From: Negativicutes bacterium
GTDB taxonomy: Bacteria > Bacillota > Negativicutes > UBA1444
Reading direction: 5' to 3'
Length of the DNA: 64,000 bases
Assembly (NCBI GenBank): GCA_963665275.2
Contig: CAXXIN010000014.1
Location: 146,028 to 210,027 of the forward strand
Positions 57,825 through 64,000 of this stretch are shown here, one piece after another. The translations under genes and the position numbers were made by a program. How positions within the stretch are numbered: position 1 is the stretch's first letter; each line of letters begins with the position of its first letter. The notes below the pieces were generated by a model. That model searched no databases and was not told the DNA's origin. It saw nothing but the letters and a program-made list of their open reading frames with translations.

Positions 57825-59558
57825 ATGAAGGTTGGAGTTAAAATAGCACTTGGGTTTTGTCTGGTGATTGTGGTTTTACTGTCTATGGGCGGGTCATCTT
57901 ATTATTCCGCCGGCAATGTGGAAACGCAAATGACGGCGATTCAGCGGAGTAGTCAACGGGTGGAACTGGTGAGTGCAGTAGACCAGGCATATACGGAAGG
58001 CGTTCTTGCGACGCGTGGCTACATGGTTTACGGCAAAGACAATTTTGCAAAACAGGCTATTGAAAAATACGATGCGGCCGAAAAAAATGCCGCAGATTTG
58101 CTGCAGGTGGCGCGCCCGGAAAAAAAGGCGCAAGTTGAAAAATTAATTGTCGATATCAAACATTATAAAGATAGCATTAAAGACACGTTGTTTCCAGTTG
58201 TGCAACAATACCACAGGGAAAAGAATGCCGCTACAGTAAACGCAACGGCTCTAAAATCTTTGGAAGACAAGTTTGTTGAAATCGGCACTGGCTTGGTCAA
58301 GGTTACGGAAGATATCAATAAAACAACCCATGCACAAGTTGTGGACAATCGAAAAGCAATCAGCGATCAGATGGCAGCTTCCGCCGCAACAGTAAGCGCA
58401 GTGAAGATCACGACTCTCTCCCTCAGTTTGGTTGCACTGCTTATCGTGATCGTTGTCAGCTTCTTCCTGACGCGCATGATCACCAAACCACTGGTAACTG
58501 TAAGCGCCAGACTAGACGACATGGCCCAGGGGCATTTTGACAAGGACATTGATGCGGGGTATATGAGTCGGCGTGACGAATTCGGTGATATGGGCAGATC
58601 CTTCGACCGGATGTTGCGCAGTATGAGGCAGCTGATCGGTCAGGTATCGCAGAGCTCGCAGCAACTGGCGGCAGCCTCGGAAGAACTGACAGCCAACGCA
58701 GAACAGTCTGCAGAGGCGTCCTCCAGCATCGCAGCCTCGATTACCCAGGTAGCTCACGGCAGCGAAAAACAGGTTGCTGCAGTCAATGATACCTCAGCCA
58801 TCGTCGAGGAAATATCCGCGACCATGCAAGAAGTTTCCGCTACTGCGGCGGAAATGGCGACAATGTCCGAGCAGACTGCCAAGGCAGCACTGACAGGAAA
58901 AACATCGGTTGACCAGGCAGTGACCCAGATGGGGGCTGTCAGCGCAGGTGCAAAACAGGCGCAAACTGCAGCGGTAGAACTCAAGGCCAGTTCCGCACAA
59001 ATTGGTGAAATTGTGAGTCTGATCTCGACCATTGCCGGACAGACGAACCTACTGGCGCTGAATGCAGCCATTGAAGCGGCGCGAGCCGGAGAGCAGGGAC
59101 GAGGCTTTGCCGTTGTAGCTGAAGAAGTCCGCAAACTGGCCGAGCAGTCGGAAACAGCGGCGCATCAGATTAAAAAACTTGTCGAACAAAATCATAACAG
59201 TATCGGTAATGTGGTTGGGGCGATCGACATCGCCATCCGCGATATAACGCAGGGAGTGGAGTTGGTCAACGTAGCAGGCGCCAATTTCGGTGCGATCAAT
59301 GGACAGGTTCGTCAGGTCACTGACCAAGTCAACCTTATCGCCACAGCGATCAATGAAGCTGCTGTCGGCAGTCAGCGTATCGTCAGCTCCATCAAGGAAG
59401 TGGAGAGTGTCAGCCGCGATTCGGCCGCTGAAGCGCAGACTGTTTCGGCAGCAACCGAAGAGCAGGCTGCATCCATGGAAGAAATCGCATCCGCCAGTCA
59501 AGCATTGGCGCAATTGGCAACTGAACTGCAGAGCGCGTTGTCCAAGTTCAGGATTTAG
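57825..59558 (+). CDS. Methyl-accepting chemotaxis protein (four-helix-bundle sensor, HAMP)
   Basis: [35 protein letters not shown]. Confidence 0.95.
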   Translation: MKVGVKIALGFCLVIVVLLSMGGSSYYSAGNVETQMTAIQRSSQRVELVSAVDQAYTEGVLATRGYMVYGKDNFAKQAIEKYDAAEKNAADLLQVARPEKKAQVEKLIVDIKHYKDSIKDTLFPVVQQYHREKNAATVNATALKSLEDKFVEIGTGLVKVTEDINKTTHAQVVDNRKAISDQMAASAATVSAVKITTLSLSLVALLIVIVVSFFLTRMITKPLVTVSARLDDMAQGHFDKDIDAGYMSRRDEFGDMGRSFDRMLRSMRQLIGQVSQSSQQLAAASEELTANAEQSAEASSSIAASITQVAHGSEKQVAAVNDTSAIVEEISATMQEVSATAAEMATMSEQTAKAALTGKTSVDQAVTQMGAVSAGAKQAQTAAVELKASSAQIGEIVSLISTIAGQTNLLALNAAIEAARAGEQGRGFAVVAEEVRKLAEQSETAAHQIKKLVEQNHNSIGNVVGAIDIAIRDITQGVELVNVAGANFGAINGQVRQVTDQVNLIATAINEAAVGSQRIVSSIKEVESVSRDSAAEAQTVSAATEEQAASMEEIASASQALAQLATELQSALSKFRI

Positions 59559-59570
59559 GAGGGAGTGAAT

Positions 59571-60026
59571 ATGGCATCCGATATACAACTGGTAATTTTT
59601 AAGCTGGCTAATGAAGACTATGGACTTCCCATCAGCAAAGTGCAGGAAATCAATCGGATGGTGGCGGTGACAAAGTTGCCCAACTCCCCGGAATTCATGG
59701 AAGGAATCATCAATCTGCGCGGCAGAATTATCCCGGTACTGGACCTTCGCAAGCGATTCGGGTTCAATACCCGGGAACATCAGGAAGATACCCGTATCAT
59801 TGTAGTGGATGTATCAGGACAGACGGTGGGGCTCATCGTGGACGCCGTCCACGAGGTGGCAAAGATAGCAGGCGACTGCGTAGAGCCGCCACCGCCATCG
59901 TTTGTAATGGATGCCCAGTTCGTCCAGGGAATCGGCAAGCTCGCTGACGCGTTGGTGGTTATATTGGATATCGACCACATCATTACCTTACAGGAACGAG
60001 TTGTTCTGAATAATATTGTGACTTAA
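59571..60026 (+). CDS. cheW: Chemotaxis coupling protein CheW
   Basis: QLVIFKL..EDYG..I..VQEI, GIINLRGRIIPVLDLR, GLIVDAV.EV. Confidence 0.95.
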   Translation: MASDIQLVIFKLANEDYGLPISKVQEINRMVAVTKLPNSPEFMEGIINLRGRIIPVLDLRKRFGFNTREHQEDTRIIVVDVSGQTVGLIVDAVHEVAKIAGDCVEPPPPSFVMDAQFVQGIGKLADALVVILDIDHIITLQERVVLNNIVT

Positions 60027-60086
60027 TATTTCGGTGGGTGTTTTGCCAAAATCATGAGAAAATTACTTTATGAAAGGAGATTAAGC

Positions 60087-61787
60087 GTGATGGTTGCCTG
60101 GTTCAGGGGAAAAGTTGCCGCTATTTGGTTTGACTTGAATTTGCGAAAAAAGTTCAGTCTGCTTTTCCTGCTTACAGCCGTCATGCCTCTTCTCTTTACA
60201 ACTTTTGTCGCCGGTGTACTTGGCGAACAAAACGAAGTAAAGGCCGTGTTTGAGCAAAACCAGGTTTTGGCAAATAACATCGCCAAAGATGTTGACCAGA
60301 TGTTCAGTGAAAAAATTAACATGCTTGAGATTATTGCCAATACGGATGAAATAAATTCGATGCATCCGGATGCACAGTCGCGGCTTCTCAAGGTCTTGGC
60401 TGACAGGGATGAGGATATACATATTGTGCTTGTCGCCGATCTTGACGGCAACCTGATAACCCGATCCGATGGACTGTCGGCGGATGCACTGATCAATTAT
60501 GCGGACCGGGAATATTTCCAGACCGCCCAAAGCACAAAAAAGACTGCCATATCCGATACTCTAATCTCGCGTAGTACTGGCAAACTAGGCATTGTAATAG
60601 CTGCGCCAATAAAAAATGATGCCCAGGCAGTCGTTGGGTTTCTTATTGCCAATATAGGTATGGACAGGATTGTCGCACACATCAGTCAAATCAGCATCGG
60701 GAAAACCGGCTATGCGTTTCTTGTCAATGCCAAGGGACTGGTACTGCTTCATCCCCAGCTTCAGATTGGTCAAGACATTTCTGATTTTCCGCCAGTGAAG
60801 GCGGCGATGTCAAAACAAACCGGGTGGGTTGAGTATGAATTCGAGCAACAGAAACAACTGGCAGGGTTCAGTCATATCGGGCATACCGGTTGGGGCTTGG
60901 TTGTACAACAGCCTTTTGATGAAGCCATGACAGGTATTTGGCAAGTCAGACGGGTAGGGTTGCTTCTTGTGCTATTGACAGCGGTTCTTGCAGGCTTCAT
61001 CGGAATAATGAAGGCTAGGGCGTTGGCCAGACCGATTACAGCCATGTCGGTAATGGCGGAAAATTTGGCGGCAGGCAAAATGAACGCCAGCATCTGGCCC
61101 GATACCGGCGATGAACTGGGCCAGTTGGCCTTCTCTTTTAACAATATGGCCCTCCAGCTGCAAAAACGCGAGTCGGAACTGCGTCAAGCTTATGAAGTGT
61201 TGGAAGTCAGAGTACAGGAACGAACCTATGAGCTGGAATTGCTGAATGAAAAATTGGAAAGACTCTCCTTGTCTGATGGACTAACCGGCATTGCCAATCG
61301 CCGCTATTTCGACGATTTTTTGGCGAGGGAATGGGGGCGGGCCAAACGGGATCAGACGCCCATTTCACTGCTTATGCTGGATGTCGATAATTTCAAATTA
61401 TATAACGATACCTACGGCCATATCGCCGGCGATGAATGTCTGAAGAAAATCGCGACTATCTTGGGCGGCGTGACCAAACGATCCACGGATCTCGCGGCCC
61501 GTTACGGGGGCGAGGAATTCGCCCTGATATTGCCAAACACCACGCAGGAGAATTCCTTACTCATCGGAAACAAGATCCTCGCCAGTATTGAAGAATTGAG
61601 GCTGGAGCACAGCGCTTCTTCAGTCAGCCGGTTTGTTACGGTTAGCATCGGCAGCGCCAGTTTTGTTCCGACCAGAGGTTCATCGCCTGAAATTATCCTC
61701 CTGGCTGCGGATCAGGTTCTTTATCAAGCCAAACAGACCGGGCGCAACCAGTTAAAATGGAATTTCAATTTGCCAACAGACTTATGA
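60087..61787 (+). CDS. dCache-HAMP-GGDEF diguanylate cyclase
   Basis: DREYF, HAMP, DGLTGIANRR, RSTD I-site, YGGEEF. Confidence 0.93.
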   Translation: MMVAWFRGKVAAIWFDLNLRKKFSLLFLLTAVMPLLFTTFVAGVLGEQNEVKAVFEQNQVLANNIAKDVDQMFSEKINMLEIIANTDEINSMHPDAQSRLLKVLADRDEDIHIVLVADLDGNLITRSDGLSADALINYADREYFQTAQSTKKTAISDTLISRSTGKLGIVIAAPIKNDAQAVVGFLIANIGMDRIVAHISQISIGKTGYAFLVNAKGLVLLHPQLQIGQDISDFPPVKAAMSKQTGWVEYEFEQQKQLAGFSHIGHTGWGLVVQQPFDEAMTGIWQVRRVGLLLVLLTAVLAGFIGIMKARALARPITAMSVMAENLAAGKMNASIWPDTGDELGQLAFSFNNMALQLQKRESELRQAYEVLEVRVQERTYELELLNEKLERLSLSDGLTGIANRRYFDDFLAREWGRAKRDQTPISLLMLDVDNFKLYNDTYGHIAGDECLKKIATILGGVTKRSTDLAARYGGEEFALILPNTTQENSLLIGNKILASIEELRLEHSASSVSRFVTVSIGSASFVPTRGSSPEIILLAADQVLYQAKQTGRNQLKWNFNLPTDL

Positions 61788-61838
61788 TTTTTAGATCGAG
61801 CTATTAAAAGTTTTGATCATGACAAAGGAGAGTTTCTC

Positions 61839-62477
61839 GTGACGGTGCATTACAGAGCGGCAAAAAATAAAAAAGCAGACTCCCTTTCTCTGTGGACAGA
61901 AGATTTGCTGAGCTCGAGAAGATTTTGCAGTGCTACCACCACTACAATGGACAGACTGCTGAAAGCACAGGACACCAACACGGAGCAACATTCTTTCCGC
62001 TCTCAGGAGATTGCCGTCCAGTTGGCGTTCAATATTGGGTTGCCGGAGAGCTGTGTGGATAGTATAAGGTTGTTGGGGCGGTTCCATGATATAGGCAAAA
62101 TTGGCATTCCTGACAGTCTGCTTTTGAAGGCAGAGCCATTAACAACAGAGGAATTTCAATTCATAACCAAGCATAGCGAAATAGGATACCATATTGCCTT
62201 ATCATTACCTGAAATTACGCATATTGCCGAATTAATTCTCAAACATCATGAGCGATGGGACGGGGCGGGCTATCCACTGAAGCATAAAGAGGAACAGATC
62301 CCAATCGAGTGCCGCATCATGGCGATTGTGGATGCCTATGACTCCATGACCAATGATCGACCTTACCGAAAAGCCATTAGCCACGATGAAGCAATTGAAG
62401 AGCTTCAAAGATGCGCTGGCAGTCAATTCGATCCCGTACTATCCCAAAAATTTGTTGAGCTGACTATGCTCAAATAG
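61839..62477 (+). CDS. Stand-alone HD-GYP phosphodiesterase
   Basis: HDIGK, HHERWDGAGYP, DAYDSMT.DRPYR, GSQFDP. Confidence 0.9.
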   Translation: MTVHYRAAKNKKADSLSLWTEDLLSSRRFCSATTTTMDRLLKAQDTNTEQHSFRSQEIAVQLAFNIGLPESCVDSIRLLGRFHDIGKIGIPDSLLLKAEPLTTEEFQFITKHSEIGYHIALSLPEITHIAELILKHHERWDGAGYPLKHKEEQIPIECRIMAIVDAYDSMTNDRPYRKAISHDEAIEELQRCAGSQFDPVLSQKFVELTMLK

Positions 62478-62538
62478 CGTTCATTCGAATTAAAGTTCAA
62501 AGTACTGACATTGGCCTAAAACAAAAACGTCGGCGAAA

Positions 62539-62588
62539 TAATACCAATAAGGCATCTGACAATTTTGTCAGATGCCTTATTGGTATTA
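62539..62588. terminator. Long perfect hairpin between convergent genes
   Basis: 24-bp arms TAATACCAATAAGGCATCTGACAA / TTGTCAGATGCCTTATTGGTATTA. Confidence 0.8.
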
Positions 62589-62677
62589 AGTGCAGTTGAT
62601 GTCGAAGAACTACAGAGAGAATTAAGGCGATTTGGCAGGTTCAACATTGCCGGATATAGACTCTGATAGGTGAAAAA

Positions 62678-64000
62678 CTAATATTCCATTTGCAGTTTTT
62701 GCATTCTCCGCCGCAAAGTCATGCGGTGGATGCCTAATATTTGGGCGGCCGCAGAATAATTTCCCTTGGTCTCTTTTAATGCTGCCGCAATTTCTCGTAT
62801 CTGCCGATCCTCTCGATGAGATAACACCGGTGTGCTTGCCCTTTTCAATTTAAACATTCCCATTAATATAGCACTGTTAATGGCATCAATTTTAGAGGTT
62901 GCAGCAATTCGTTGCATCAAATTTCTAAGCTCACGAACATTGCCCGGCCAGGGATATTCCTCTAAAAATTGAATGGCGTCGTGACTTAACTTGAAACTCC
63001 GACCGGATCCAGAAGACAATTCATTCAGGAACTCTTCTATATATAATCGAATATCTGGCTGGCGTTCTCTGAGCGGAGGAAGCTCCAAACTGAGTACATT
63101 CAAACGGTAATACAAATCCTCCCGAAATTTATTTTCGCGAATTAATGACTCCAAGTCCTTATTGGTAGCCGCAATCACTCTGACATCAATCGGCAATACC
63201 TTGTAACTGCCCAACCTTACTACCGTTCTTTCCTGTAGCACACGCAACAATCTGCCTTGGTTGATATAGTCCATTTCCCCTATTTCATCCAAAAAAATCG
63301 TCCCGCCATGGGCAACTTCAAACAGCCCCGCTTTCCCGTCCTTGCTGGCGCCGGTGAACGCGCCGCCAACATAGCCGAACAACTCGCTTTCCAAAATATG
63401 CGCTGGTAACGCCGCACAGTTTATCGCCACAAAGGGCCCTTGGGAACGGATGCTCGCATTGTGGATGCTTTGAGAAAAAATCTCCTTACCCGTCCCTGTT
63501 TCACCCAAGATCAAGATGTTATAACTCGTTGCTGCAAAGTCCTTGGCTGTTTCAATCGCATTTTTAATTTCGGTGCTTTCGCCAATCACATCTGAAAAGT
63601 TGAACTTTGCAATATGTCCGCGAGCGTAAATTTCCTGACGAATTATGGCTTCCATTTGCTGTATTTTGCTGATTTCCTGAAAGGTCGCGACGGCTCCAAA
63701 CGATTTGTCGTTGACAATGATCGGTATTTTATTGCACATAACTCTCACACCATTAAGACTAATGATGCTATGGATGTCATCCTGCTTGCTGTTGGAAATT
63801 TTATCTAGATGAAGTTGGGGGATTATTTTTGCAATCGGTTGCCCCATTACTTTTGCTTTACTGATTTTTATAATGTTTTGCGCGGCCGGATTAAAGGCGG
63901 TGATGTTGTGATCCTTGTCAATCGTGACGATTCCGTCATAAGAGTAATCTAAAATTGTGCTGAAAAATCCGCGTTTGGCTGTTTCGATTTCGATAGCCTG
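62678..64000 (-). CDS. PAS sigma-54-interacting activator (PrpR-like); start lies outside the window
   Basis: GETGTGKE, ESELFG..GAFTGA, FLDEIG, WPGNVREL, Fis-type HTH; frame open to the window end. Confidence 0.93.
   Translation of the reverse strand, partial: QAIEIETAKRGFFSTILDYSYDGIVTIDKDHNITAFNPAAQNIIKISKAKVMGQPIAKIIPQLHLDKISNSKQDDIHSIISLNGVRVMCNKIPIIVNDKSFGAVATFQEISKIQQMEAIIRQEIYARGHIAKFNFSDVIGESTEIKNAIETAKDFAATSYNILILGETGTGKEIFSQSIHNASIRSQGPFVAINCAALPAHILESELFGYVGGAFTGASKDGKAGLFEVAHGGTIFLDEIGEMDYINQGRLLRVLQERTVVRLGSYKVLPIDVRVIAATNKDLESLIRENKFREDLYYRLNVLSLELPPLRERQPDIRLYIEEFLNELSSGSGRSFKLSHDAIQFLEEYPWPGNVRELRNLMQRIAATSKIDAINSAILMGMFKLKRASTPVLSHREDRQIREIAAALKETKGNYSAAAQILGIHRMTLRRRMQKLQMEY

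Noticed and set aside
1-64000. CRISPR arrays, tRNA/rRNA genes, prophage or integrase genes
   Set aside because: No regularly spaced repeats, cloverleaf, rRNA-like sequence or phage/integrase motifs were seen by eye.

Overview
A 64-kb chromosomal window from an anaerobic Firmicute, most likely a diderm Negativicute (Sporomusaceae-like). The inference rests on AGGAGG ribosome-binding sites, sigma-H-like promoters, a PFOR gene, and outer-membrane beta-barrel and AsmA-like genes. Layout: (1) 1-4.1 kb: a partial IS110 element inserted at the Shine-Dalgarno of a P5C dehydrogenase gene, then an intact IS3 with doubled ends nested in an IS1182 relic; (2) 4.3-13.3 kb: a two-component pair and a hybrid CheA/PleD-like/MCP cluster; (3) 13.3-18.2 kb: IS scars around a HEPN gene remnant and an amidohydrolase/beta-barrel/Ntn-hydrolase cassette; (4) 18.2-31.2 kb: housekeeping-type genes; (5) 31.3-52.8 kb: an island of general-stress-type genes (Bfr, CsbD, YtxH, PRC-barrel, YSC84, lmo0937-like, MacAB-like ABC, RyR-domain ATPase) built around CheB/CheR-PAS, a PAS kinase, a stand-alone receiver and a REC-PAS-PucR regulator; (6) 53-64 kb: further kinase, HDOD, MCP, CheW, GGDEF, HD-GYP and sigma-54 activator genes. 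Top finding: three clear copies plus one degenerate copy of a bipartite promoter with fixed spacing head the island's operons, suggesting a self-contained stress regulon with no sigma-B involvement. Second finding: the IS110 left end holds a putative bridge-RNA guide identical to the Shine-Dalgarno it inserted into. All calls were made by eye from motifs; no database searches were run.
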